A stretch of 63,922 nucleotides of DNA, filler included, from Octopus bimaculoides (taxonomy: Eukaryota), in the NCBI RefSeq assembly GCF_001194135.2. It is 5 parts of 5 records of this genome, joined end to end, with 100 filler letters (N's around TTAATTAATTAA, not from the genome) between each part and the next. Parts side by side here need not be neighbours in the genome. Positions count along the whole stretch, not along the records: positions 10,787 to 23,966 come from NC_068991.1; positions 24,067 to 31,738 come from NC_068982.1; 3 more parts are not named here. The stretch is one strand, 5' to 3'. The notes beneath the pieces are model-generated. The model had not been told where the DNA came from. It searched no databases and saw nothing but the letters and a program-made list of their open reading frames with translations. The position numbers and the translations under genes were made by a program. Positions 13,500 to 24,607 of the stretch are shown piece by piece; within the stretch, counting starts at the first letter, position 1; every line of letters starts with the position of its first letter.

Positions 13500-14819
13500 A
13501 GAAAGTTTTAGTCCATGTTCTTGTATGAAAGTTTGTGAATGAATGAATGAACAACTAGAATAATCTTAGGGGAGGTAATTGATGGTAGTTATTACTCGGG
13601 ACAGGGGAGGTGCTTGCTCATTTTTGGGGTGGGATAAATAAATATACAAAAAGTCATAAGCTAAAGTAGTAAGATGAAATATGTACAGTGATGGATATGT
13701 AATCTTGGATTAAAATATATACTGAGACCAAAATTGGTTATGCGTTGAAATTTAAGCGTGTTCTGTATTTTTCGATAAATAAATTTTCTTTATTTAAACG
13801 TTCTTGTACAGAAATTGTTTCTTGGCACTGGTAGATAAGAAAAAAACTGTAAAATTTGATTGGAGATCCCATGCACATCTCTCTATGCCTTCACTCAAAG
13901 GTATCTGTCGATACTTTGGGAAACGGATCTGTTCCTTATGTATTGTGGTTCTCCGTCTAAGTGCCATACTTGTCTGTTCTATATAGTTATATCCACAATA
14001 TGAACAAGTTATAACATAAATTGAATTCACGGAGGCACAATTGAAGTTGGTCTTAATTGTGAACCACTCTCCTTGTTCGAATCGGAATTCTTTTCAGCGA
14101 TTTAGGTTGCTTTTTACATTCGATGAATTTATGTGTTTTCAGAATGTTGTTCACTTTTTGATTCCTAGTGAGCATTGGTAAATTTTGTACAATAGCGTTG
14201 TATGGCTCGTTGTTTCTAGGGTTGTGAGTAGATATATATACGGTAGTATTTTGAGATGAGGTGTGGTGTTTCATTTTGTTTCCCTTAGTGTCTTAATGCC
14301 TATTTTCTTGCCACGTTTAATTCCATCATCTTAAGTAAGGCTGGATAGTGTCTCTCAGTTAATATTGTTCTAAGTTCTTGAAGACGGAGGTCCTGAGTAT
14401 TTCCATCAGACACTATTGTGCAAATCCTTTTCGCTAAATTAAAGGGAATATTTCTTTTTATGTGTTTCGGTTGGCATGATGTTGCTTCGAGTCCGTTGGT
14501 TTATGATAAATGTCAATTAAAATTTGATTGTTGACTTTTTTATGAGAATATCTCAGAAAGGGAGCTGTTCTTTGCTATGTCTCACTGTAAACTGAATGCT
14601 AGGGTTTATACTATTTAGTATTGATTTTAAATTCCAAAAGTTTACCGAAAGTCTCCTTCCAAATGATAAAGCTGTCATCCAGATATCTTTTCCAGTTCTG
14701 TCTTATATAAAAGTGAAATGGATATCTATATTTTTGCAGTGACACTTCATATATAGTGAATTCAAAATATCACATTATTAGGTTCGCAAGAACAGGGGCT
14801 ACTTTCGCCACTCTCTCTC

Positions 14820-14820
<1 letters not shown>
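13500..14820 (-). mobile_element. Penelope-like element, 3' part (RT C-terminus plus GIY-YIG endonuclease)
   Basis: NWKRYLDDSFIIWKE, DIYHKPTDSKQH, NSIYVITCSYCGYNYIEQTSMALRRRTTIHKEQIR, RLNKENLFIEKY. Confidence 0.9.
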
Positions 14821-14853
<33 letters not shown>

Positions 14854-14955
14854 NNNNNNNNNNNNNNNNNNNNNNNNNNNNNNNNNNNNNNNNNNNNNNN
14901 NGCTACACACATTTTTTTTCTCTCCTTGTTTCTCGCCTTGTTTCTTTCTGCGTTC

Positions 14956-14991
14956 CTTTCTGTGGAAGGGCGTAGGCTCGAAACTTTAAAG
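14956..14991 (+). ncRNA. Degenerate minimal type-I hammerhead-like motif
   Basis: CUUU-CUGUGGA-AGGGC GUAG GCUC-GAAA-CUUU-AAAG; the core deviates from CUGANGA. Confidence 0.35.
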
Positions 14992-16059
14992 ACTTTTTCA
15001 ATTCCCGAGCGTTATATTAATAGTCTTTTTTCTCCAATCGATTAATATGCGAGGGAAGGGACAAAGTTGTTGTTCCTTTGTAGGTATGACACTAGCTATG
15101 GTCACTTGACTGATTGGTGTGAATTAATTTAGGATATTCTCCAGCTTTCGACATACTGGCGTACTGCTTTATTCTCTCCCTCTCTTTTTCCGATATTCTA
15201 ATGGCCTCAGGTCATCAGAGCTGGTTGGTTGATGCATTCTGTTCTCAGGTATTCTCGACTCACTCGTCTAGCCTCCTGTTATCATACTTGTGTCCAACTA
15301 CCCAGACCCCGCACTACCCCCATACACACCCAGTCTTTTTGTCCCGACGTTGTCCCTCTGAAATTCCCTTCTTGTTCATGCCTTTCCTGTTGCTTTTATT
15401 CGTAGCATCTTTCAAAATTTTCAAATTAAACTGTTTAGGCAATTTGAAAACATATTTACAGGACTTTTTTGAATGTGGCATTTGTCCCTCGGGAAGCTAT
15501 CTTGACCTTGTGCTCTTTGGAGGGTAAATAAATTTCAATGTCCGTACAGGCTCCTCTTATTTTCTAATTGCCTCACGGCATTCACCACCAGCCTGTGTTC
15601 TGCCACAAATTTGATAAGTCGCGCGTCAACGTCAGCTGACAGTGATTTTTCCGATGAGCCACGTATTGCATTATAAGACTGCGAATAGATGTGCAACAAA
15701 TCTAACATCTCGATTTAATTTTAAGCAACCTAGTCAGAACTCCCATGTCCCCTTCTCTGGCAGATGACCACACCTTTCCCATATATTAGTTAACGCTTTC
15801 TTCAGCTATTTTTTTAGTTCATTTAGAAAAAAATATCACTTTTGTGTAGTAAAGATAAGTTATTTTCTTCCTCTTTCACTCTTAGATAAGATGTCACTGG
15901 TTAGGAAGTATTTGATTGGATCTCGTATTTCTGCTGGGATCAATGTACTCGACTTACCTCACTTTTCCCGAAATTTCTGGCCCGTGTACCAAAATTTGAG
16001 ACCAAATTGGTAGCATTACTGGAGATGGTGGTAGCAGCAGCAGCAGCTGTAGTTGTAGC

Positions 16060-16117
<58 letters not shown>

Positions 16118-18195
16118 AGTAAATATTAAAAGAAATCATTAATAAGATATTAAAATTACAGAAATGGTAAAGCACTTATTCATTGCGATTTATTTATTTT
16201 TTGTCTTCTGTGCAAGAGTCCCATCGGGATCGATCTTGTCTTCCATCCCTTTGATGTTGATCAACATAAGCATTAGCATACACTGGCCTCGAAAAACAAA
16301 CTGACTTAAACTGAGAACCCGAAAACGGATCTTAGATTCAACCCTCTGGAAATTTCCAACGTTGCCTGGTAAAAGTTTCAAACGAAACCAGTTTTGTTTT
16401 TCTTGAACCAAGGGTATAGTTTAAAGAAAGTGTAATGCAAAAGTTTAAAATGAAATATAAATATGTAAGTGGAGCGAAATTACATCAACCGAAGATAGTT
16501 CGTCTCAATAATTTCTCATAATAAGAACAGAAAAGATGTACACGGTGAGCAGAAGTCTCTTTCATCTCGCCAATACTGATAAACTAATTAACAAGCATGT
16601 ATTTGTGGGATGGAGGGAGGGTCAATTGAATTAACTATTCTCTTCCCGACAAATTTGAAGCCTTGTGACAGCGTGAGAAATCAATATGAGCAGAAAGATT
16701 AATAAGTAACTCCGTATGAACCTTTAAAAGAGAATTATTAAGATGTAACGTGAAGAACCAATTAATTCAAAGGAAGACCACGTAACTAATTAACTATAAA
16801 ATCTTAAGTAGCTTAGGCTGGAAACTTTTGAGCTGAACTCATTTTCAGATATGAAGTTCAGCGCCTTCGAGCACCCAACCTTGCATTTCATTAACTTTAA
16901 AAGGTTGATTAAAATAAATACCAGCATTACACCGGATGATGAGATGTCAAAGTGTACGATTAAGGACGTTGAACCACTTAGCACGGTTTGATGTCACGTG
17001 ATTATTTCCTCGAGCTTCCCTCACAGTAAAGCAGCTGCCACATGGGTTGCTGCGAGAGAGTATCTTCTTTTATAGAAGACTAATTTATAAAAAAGCACTT
17101 ACGAATAGAAAACGGATGAAAGCAAGAAGGAAAGCGTGTGTCAGCGTGGATGTCTGTTTTGGAGAGAGAAAGAGAGAGGAAAAGAGAGAAGGAGAGTAAA
17201 AAAAAGGGGTCGAGAGAGAGAACAATGCCAGTGGGATTCGAAATCACAATGATTGTACTTTCAAAATATAGTTAATTAAATTACCAATGTCTATTCTTTC
17301 CACTTGAGATTTAATATATCAGTGGAAAGCCCTGTAGAGAAGTTGGAAGCTTACGTTCTACCAAATATTATCTATTTTTATTGATGAGCTAAATGTAATT
17401 ACAAACTTTGTACACAGTTTTCCACAATTAAAGTAATATTTCTCTATTTATTAATAAGTAATCAAGTATTTCTCTACCCTTTTCTTTTTCTTTTTAATAC
17501 CCATATCAGTTCTGATATTTGTCAAAGTATCTTATTCATTCAGACATTATTCCTCTAAGACCACATCCAAGAAAAAACGTCTTTCGACTATTCGAAACGA
17601 TTCACTCACCATGAACACCATGCTGCAAGCACCAGCTCACAGACATGCTGATTCGTTGGTCTGTTCTTTTATCATAATTTGAACGATGTTTGTTCTTGTG
17701 AATGACCTCGCTGTATATTCATTCCTCCTAGACCTCATCCCTCTCTCCTCCTCTTCATTCCTCATTTTCACAGTTTCACTTTGGCTAAGAAATGCATTAA
17801 ACAACACGTTGTCCAACATAGTAAATTTTCAGAACTGCCTTCTCGGCCACGCGTATCTTTCTGATTTGGCGGGCGCCACTTGTTTTCTTAACGAAACACT
17901 TTCAAACTTGGGACACTGGTAGAATGTGTCATATAAAATATCTTTTACTCTTAGTGTTATTGAGAAAATTTTATCTTTTTAAAGTTATTTCGTGTTAAAA
18001 TTGTTGTATTTCGGTAATTTCAACCAATCACTAACGTCTATTGAGGTGAAAACAATTACTGCTGTGAATTGTCAACAAAGCCTTGTGCGGTGTAATGGGA
18101 TCTTTTCCCTTGAATAAAATTAGTGCCGTTGTTTGTCAACAACAACTATCGGCGGTACTGTTATTTGTGACATCGTTCGTGCGTTTGTACTGGTT

Positions 18196-18256
18196 TTAGC
18201 TTTAGGGTTTTAAGGTTAGGGTTCGGGTTTTAGAGTTAGGGTTAGGGTTAGGGTTA
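18196..18256 (+). repeat. Interstitial telomere-like (TTAGGG)n tract, degenerate
   Basis: TTAGGGTTAGGGTTAGGGTTA at 18236-18256 plus variant units. Confidence 0.85.
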
Positions 18257-18334
18257 TGAGTACTTTTGCCAAATTTTGTTAAAAAGTTTGTGGCGGTGTA
18301 TTGAACAGATTTTCACCAAATGTGGCAAAAATAT

Positions 18335-19110
18335 TCATAAAAGTCCAGGAATAGTTTGCAACAATGATTGTGTTTCCTCATCGAGATTTTGTACAGTAGT
18401 AGCTATTACTTCCTGTGAATATACTGTGCCCGTTCTCATTATTTGACTTTTCATTGAATTAACTGCATTTCGGGCATTAACGTGTGCACTGTTTGCTGAG
18501 TAATTATGGGAGCCTGTTGAAAGAACAACTTCTGGTATACTGGAGTTGAAAGTTGTATGTAGTCTAGCCTGGCAACCTTTGTAAAAATGTTCACAACGCC
18601 AATATATTTTTGTTTCGCGACTGTTAACTCCATTCTTTTCGTATATATAATTCTCTTCGTTGCAAAGCTTACGTTTGTTTTTCTCTGATGTTATAAATGT
18701 TGCAATGGTTGAGGATTTTAAAGTTCAAAGTTAAACTGAATGAAAAAAATCAGCAGTACAATGAAATTCAGTTAAAAAGTGAGCAACAATGGCATAAAAC
18801 TATACTTTAACTAATTAGTTGAGAAGTGTGTAACAAGGGTGTGTGTAATTAGTTTTCTATAGACCGTTTACTGTAGCTGAATTTACCTTAGCGGAATATA
18901 CTGCAGTGAATTTCAACTATAGCGAAATTTTCCGAGTGGAATTTAACTAACGACTAATTAGTTAAGAAGTGTGTGACGAGGGCGTGTGTAGTGTAATTAG
19001 TTTTCTATAGACTGTTATTTTCTGAGTGGAATTTACCGTGGTGGAATTTACCTTAATGGAATATACTGCAGTGAATTTTACCTATCGTGAAATTTACTGT
19101 GATGGAATTT
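18335..19110 (-). mobile_element. FLYWCH zinc-finger ORF relic (MULE/Mutator-type transposon) with subterminal GGTAAATTCC-type repeats
   Basis: 18710-18335 reads FITSEKNKRKLCNEENYIYEKNGVNSRETKIYWRCEHFYKGCQARLHT...GSHNY; roughly 130-bp tandem duplication at 18810-19090. Confidence 0.75.
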
Positions 19111-19899
19111 ACCGGTCAGGGTGTGTGTATATACATACACAGAAATGAAAATGGATTCATATCTGTATAATGCGTGACTGGACGTGCATCGATTTTTTTG
19201 TTTTATCTGAACTTGAATCCTGGTAATACAGACCATCACAGTTTAACCTGTGTGACAGCAAACCCACTTGGGCTGTTAAGAGCCCATCATTGTGTAATAA
19301 CTATTAAAGGGGTCACCGATAACTTTTCTTAGGAATAAATTTAAGCTCGATTGAATAATTACGCTTTAGGCACATTTTCAAAAATATCATTGTCGGAATT
19401 AAAATGTGAATACAAATAGAAAACGACTGATAATTTGCCAAAGCCCAATATAATTTCATCATGTAAGTCATTACTTTCTCTAGTAGCTTTCAGGAAAAAA
19501 AAAATTAAAATATTGCGGTTAATACTCCACGAAAATATCTAAAAAAAAAGTGGAACATGTTGGATGGGCTTATGTTATAAGAATATTGGTAATAAACCAC
19601 TGTTCAAAATTAGCTGCTTGACTAACATAATCTGTGCTTTTTCCCTTATTTTCTTTTTACCAAAACATAAGGATAGAGCGTTTGATAAAATGCCCTTCTT
19701 TTCAAATGCTCTCTTTTCCGAAGTGATACCACCGACACACATGGCATCTTGATCAAGTATCTTTTGCCATAATTGCGGGTTGAACAAACCTTGCAGGTAA
19801 AATTAGTTTGACAGAAACTAATTCAAAGGACCGAGCTTGTCACACTACGTCACACTCATTCTATCTGAGAATTGCGTTGAGGCTAAATGTGTCAGTGGA

Positions 19900-20180
19900 A
19901 TGCTCAACCACGGGGACGCTGATTCGCTGAATGAATAGCTTATTTGATCGCACAGCTGAACACTCATCGCTAATTTCATTTAATGGCAGAGGGCTAAAAA
20001 GCTAAAAGAATGGAGGTAGTGGGAGAAGAGTAGTTTGTCGATTGGACTGGCAAGTTATGTTATCACACTGGATAAATAAAAAGTAAAGTTGACCTCCGAG
20101 GGATTGAACTCAGAACGAAAAGAATCGGAAGGAAAACTGCTAAGCACTTTTTCCGACGTTCTAACGATTCCACCAACCTG
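19900..20180 (-). mobile_element. SINE (degenerate)
   Basis: TTGACCTCCGAGGGATTGAACTCAGAACG is a reversed tRNA-like B-box head; boundaries approximate. Confidence 0.6.
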
Positions 20181-20655
20181 CCGCCCCCTTAATATAAACA
20201 CAAAGCGGACATTTGGAGGGAGGAGTTGGCCGATGACATCGAATCGCGGAACTTAGCAGGTACTTTATTTTATCGATCCTAGCAGGATGAAATACAAAGC
20301 TGAACCCAACGCAATTTGAACTCTGAATGGAAAGAGCTGGAAGAAATACAGCAAGGCATTTAGACCGAGGCGAGCACTGCCAATTTTGCCAATCATAATA
20401 ACAATAATAATAATAATAATAATGAGGAGGAGGAGGAGGAGGAGAAGGAGAAGAAGAAGAACCGGAAACAAAATCCTTATTTCTGTCAACCAATCCTGCA
20501 CCTTTTTATTGCAGTCACGAAACTATCTTTGCAAGACAACTTCCGGTCTTTTACTCTTTAAGCTTCATATAACAACGGATCATTATGGCCTCTTTTCTTC
20601 TCTCATTCTCTCCATTTCTCTCTATTGTTTGTATTTGTTAGTGCATTGAGTGTGC

Positions 20656-20723
<68 letters not shown>

Positions 20724-21689
20724 NNNNNNNNNNNNNNNNNNNNNNNNNNNNNNNNNNNNNNNNNNNNNNNNNNNNNNNNNNNNNNNNNNNNNNNNNNNNN
20801 NNNNNNNNNNNNNNNNNNNNNNNNNNNNNNNNNNNNNNNNNNNNNNNNNNNNNNNNNNNNNNNNNNNNNNNNNNNNNNNNNNNNNNNNNNNNNNNNNNNN
20901 NNNNNNNNNNNNNNNNNNNNNNNNNNNNNNNNNNNNNNNNNNNNNNNNNNNNNNNNNNNNNNNNNNNNNNNNNNNNNNNNNNNNNNNNNNNNNNNNNNNN
21001 NNNNNNNNNNNNNNNNNNNNNNNNNNNNNNNNNNNNNNNNNNNNNNNNNNNNNNNNNNNNNNNNNNNNNNNNNNNNNNNNNNNNNNNNNNNNNNNNNNNN
21101 NNNNNNNNAATATTTGAAAATGTAAATGTTTTGCGTCAAAAAATCCTGTTCCTTTTTTGTCCCCACTTTGTTGACGTATTTTGTTCGCTTCTAACTTCTT
21201 ATGGTCTACATTTTTATTACCTCCCTTCAGTATAAATAGAGAAAATAGAAAAAGGACGCGCACGTGTGTGTGTGCTTTTGTGAGAATAATACAATCACAC
21301 AGACAGAACGGGATGCTAGTGGAAAAATGTTTTAATGCTGTCGATCATTTATAACATTCATTGAAAATAATAAGAATAAGAATGAAAGTAAAAAAAAAAA
21401 AAAAAGATTTGAAAGACGTACCACTCTCCTGCTTCTGATCTACCGGAAGTGAATCCGAAAGAACGAACCGGTGGTGTTTTCTCGTTTTCTTTCGTTTTAT
21501 TTCACCCATTATCTGTAACTTAAGCTTTTCCTTATTTTCTTTTTTCCCTTTCATAGTCTTTATTTGGTAAACATTATTATCTTATCTTTATTATCCACAT
21601 TTTTTTTTTGTAATTTGTTCCTGTAATGCTCTCTTTCCCATCGCCCTTGTGGCAGATAAAGAAATTACTAACATCAATGTTGTTGTTTG

Positions 21690-21907
21690 TTGTATTAACA
21701 TGTACTCTAATGCGAGGCATTGTACTAATTGGACTAATTGATGCGTTGTACTAATGCTATGCGTTGTACTAACACATGTACAAATTGTATTAATTGATTC
21801 ATTTTACCAATACGATTCGTTGTACTAACAACATGTACTCTAATGCGATGCAACGACTAATGCGATGCAACGACTAATGCGATGCAACGACTAATGCGAT
21901 GCATTAG
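21690..21907. repeat. Minisatellite built on a 17-bp unit CTAATGCGATGCAACGA (about 3.7 perfect copies plus diverged copies)
   Basis: Directly visible at 21840-21907; related units at 21700-21835. Confidence 0.9.
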
Positions 21908-21984
21908 TTTTAGAGTTTTCGTAGATCTAGTGGTATTTCCATTATTAATATCAGTTATCTTTTATCATTTATCTTTTAATTGTT

Positions 21985-22380
21985 TTCGGTCATAAGACTG
22001 TGACCATGATGGGGTACCGCCTTGAAGAATTTTTAGTCGAGTCTATCAGCCCCAGTACATATTTTTTTAAAGTCTTGTCCTGATTCTGTCGGCCGAACAA
22101 CAAGGTTTCGGGGACGTAAGTACACCAACACCGGTTATCAAGTGGTAGTGGTGGTGGACAAATACAGACACGAAGACAGCCCCCCTCTCTCTCTCACACA
22201 CACACAAACATATATACACGATGGACTTCTTTTAGTTTCCGTCAGCCAAATCCAATCACAAGGCTTTTGGTTGGCCCAAAGCTATTGTAAAAGACACTTG
22301 CCCAAGGTGCTATGCAGTAGGACTGAGTCCAAAGCCATGTAGTTGGGAATCAAGGCTATTACCACACAACCACGCCTGCA
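21985..22380 (-). mobile_element. SINE with internal (CA)/(CT) microsatellite
   Basis: Same head and tail blocks as 61410-61760, in reverse. Confidence 0.75.
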
Positions 22381-23055
22381 TTATTTGCCTATTGTTATAT
22401 CAACCAGCATCCTGATGGACAAGTTGGCCCTCTTATCTCTTGCGCCATTGGAGCAAACATTTGAGCAAAATTCTAAAAATTAGGTTTTCGGTAAACTTAA
22501 ATTTAAAACATGGCGGTACTTTAATAGTAAGTCAATTAGAGGGAGAAGCGGAAAATAGTATTGATGCTAGCTCTTCATTTCTCCCCATACAGTCGGTCAT
22601 TGATCGACGAGCGCCCAAGTCAGTGACAGTAGCAACAAAACAACATACTACACACCATCGCCATTACCGATCCACAGCAACACGTGACAATAACAACAAC
22701 AAAACAACCAGCAGGAGCAATAAGAAAACATACCTAACAAAAACAACAGTAATAAACCAATAAAACAAATAACAAATTGTACAATGGTCATAACAGTACC
22801 ATTATTACGATCGGCATCACTACTACTTGCACTACAGCGGCAGGTAGTAACTTGAAATGGTCTGTCCGCTTAACAACATCCAACACCACTACAATTGCCA
22901 TCAAATAATCACCGCCGAAGGTAGTAACAATAGCAACACCAGATTTGAAGATGTTGGTCAAAGTGTTAACAAATAGCTTGCGCTTGTCATTAGTCATCTG
23001 ATGATATGTAAACATGCATCATCCAAAAGATGACGACGTTCATCTCATGTGATAC

Positions 23056-23320
23056 ATCAGTGGTTCTCAACCGGGGTCTATTTGCCCACTGAGGGTTTAT
23101 ACAAAATTTTTAGGGTCTACGCAACAAAATAGTAAATTGGGAATCCACAATAGTATTTTAAGTGCCCCTGAAAATATGTTGCTTTAGATGCATGTATTGG
23201 TATGTATTGCAAGAAACAGCTGGCTTTCTTTCTCTAACATCTTACATTCTCTGACATCTTCAACCTAAACAAGTTAATGTGTGGAAAGCAAAACAGAAAC
23301 TTTGAAAGAAGTTTATATAT
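23056..23320 (+). mobile_element. hAT/Charlie-like MITE, left end
   Basis: Starts CAGTGGTTCTCAACC, a typical hAT TIR; no partner TIR found. Confidence 0.5.
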
Positions 23321-23321
23321 A

Positions 23322-23640
23322 TATAATACAACAAATAATTAAAACAAATATATATCCTACAATTTGTTTCGATTCATATCCATTAGTAAATTTATAAAAA
23401 AATAATATTTATATATATGAATCTCATCAGGATAATATTTGTCTAAAAGATAGACAAAAATTTCAAACAAGAACTGCTAAATCATAAAATGTTTTAGCAG
23501 TCCTTCCATGAGATTTTTAGACAAATATTATCCTGACGAGATTCTTATACATAAATGTGAATTTTTATATAGTCACTAGTGAATATGAATCGAAACAAAT
23601 TATAGGATATATATTTGTTTTAATCATTTGTTATATTATA
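23322..23640. repeat. Foldback with ~126-bp arms, each carrying a hammerhead-like core
   Basis: 23322-23448 is the reverse complement of 23515-23640; CTGATGA..GAAA on the minus strand of the left arm, CTGACGA..GAAA on the plus strand of the right arm. Confidence 0.9.
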
Positions 23641-23885
23641 TCATATTATATTATATATTTTTATAGTATAATTATATTATATTATAATATTAATATATTT
23701 ATAATAGGTCAATTTATTTCTTTAATTCTTTTAATATTTATATATTGAAATTATACCATTTTAAGTTCTGAATTTTTCTCTAATATATTGCGGTATTTAA
23801 CTGAAGAAGGAGTGAAAATTGGTTGTTTTCGATCCTCTTGAAGGAAATCTTTTTCCTTCGATTGAATAACAATTATATATATATG

Positions 23886-23927
<42 letters not shown>

Positions 23928-24066
23928 TGTTCCCATTATTTTGTCCAACATCTGTATATATATATANNNNNNNNNNNNNNNNNNNNNNNNNNNNNNNNNN
24001 NNNNNNNNNNTTAATTAATTAANNNNNNNNNNNNNNNNNNNNNNNNNNNNNNNNNNNNNNNNNNNN

Positions 24067-24607
24067 TCGATATCACTTGCCTCAACAGGTCTTCGCAAGC
24101 GGAGTTTAGTGACCAACGTAGGAAGGTACGCATCCTGGCAGAGGCCTTGGATTTAGGTCTCACTTGGCTTGCCGGGTCTTCTCACGCACAGCATATTTCC
24201 AAAGATCTTGGTCAGAAGTCATGGCCCGGTGAGGCCCAATGTTCAAAGGTCGTGACTCACCACCTCATCCCAGGTCTTCCTGGGCCTACCTCTTCCACAG
24301 GTTCCCTCAACTGCTAGGGTCTGGCACTTTTTCACACAGCTATCCTCATCCATTCTCGCCGCAGTTACAGCCCATGATTCACTGCCATGAAGCATGGCAG
24401 TTCGTATACATGCGTCATACAGTCTGCCTTTTACTTGGAGTGAGAGTCCCTTTGTCACCAACAGAGGTAAGAGCTCTCTGAACTTTGCCCAGGCTATTCT
24501 TATTCTAGCAGCTACACTTTCTAGCAGCACACCCTCCCCCACTACTAACTTGGTCACCAAGATAGCAGAAGCTATCAACTATGTCTAGTTTTTCTCCCTG
24601 GAATGTG
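24067..24607 (-). mobile_element. RTE LINE fragment (RT C-terminus)
   Basis: RIRIAWAKFRELLPLL..KGRLYDACIRTAMLHGSESW..GRGRPRKTW. Confidence 0.9.

Larger units (their letters stand above)
12630..17646 (-). other. Tentative spliced transcript: candidate exons 17646-17610, 17153-17103, 13007-12956, 12753-12630 (87-aa ORF or lncRNA)
   Basis: Donors GTGAGT, GTAAGT, GTAAGT; AG acceptors with pyrimidine/T tracts; phases 1/1/2 join into one open frame; no recognisable homology. Confidence 0.3.

Noticed and set aside
15515-15545. In-frame TGA after ..RSLYGH as selenocysteine
   Set aside because: No SECIS recognised, no selenoprotein similarity, and a donor upstream explains the stop
15920-16030. Perfect GAG|GTAAGT donor on the minus strand
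   Set aside because: Lies within a recognisable SINE tail next to a (TAG)n tract
18196-18256. True chromosome end
   Set aside because: Short, degenerate and internal
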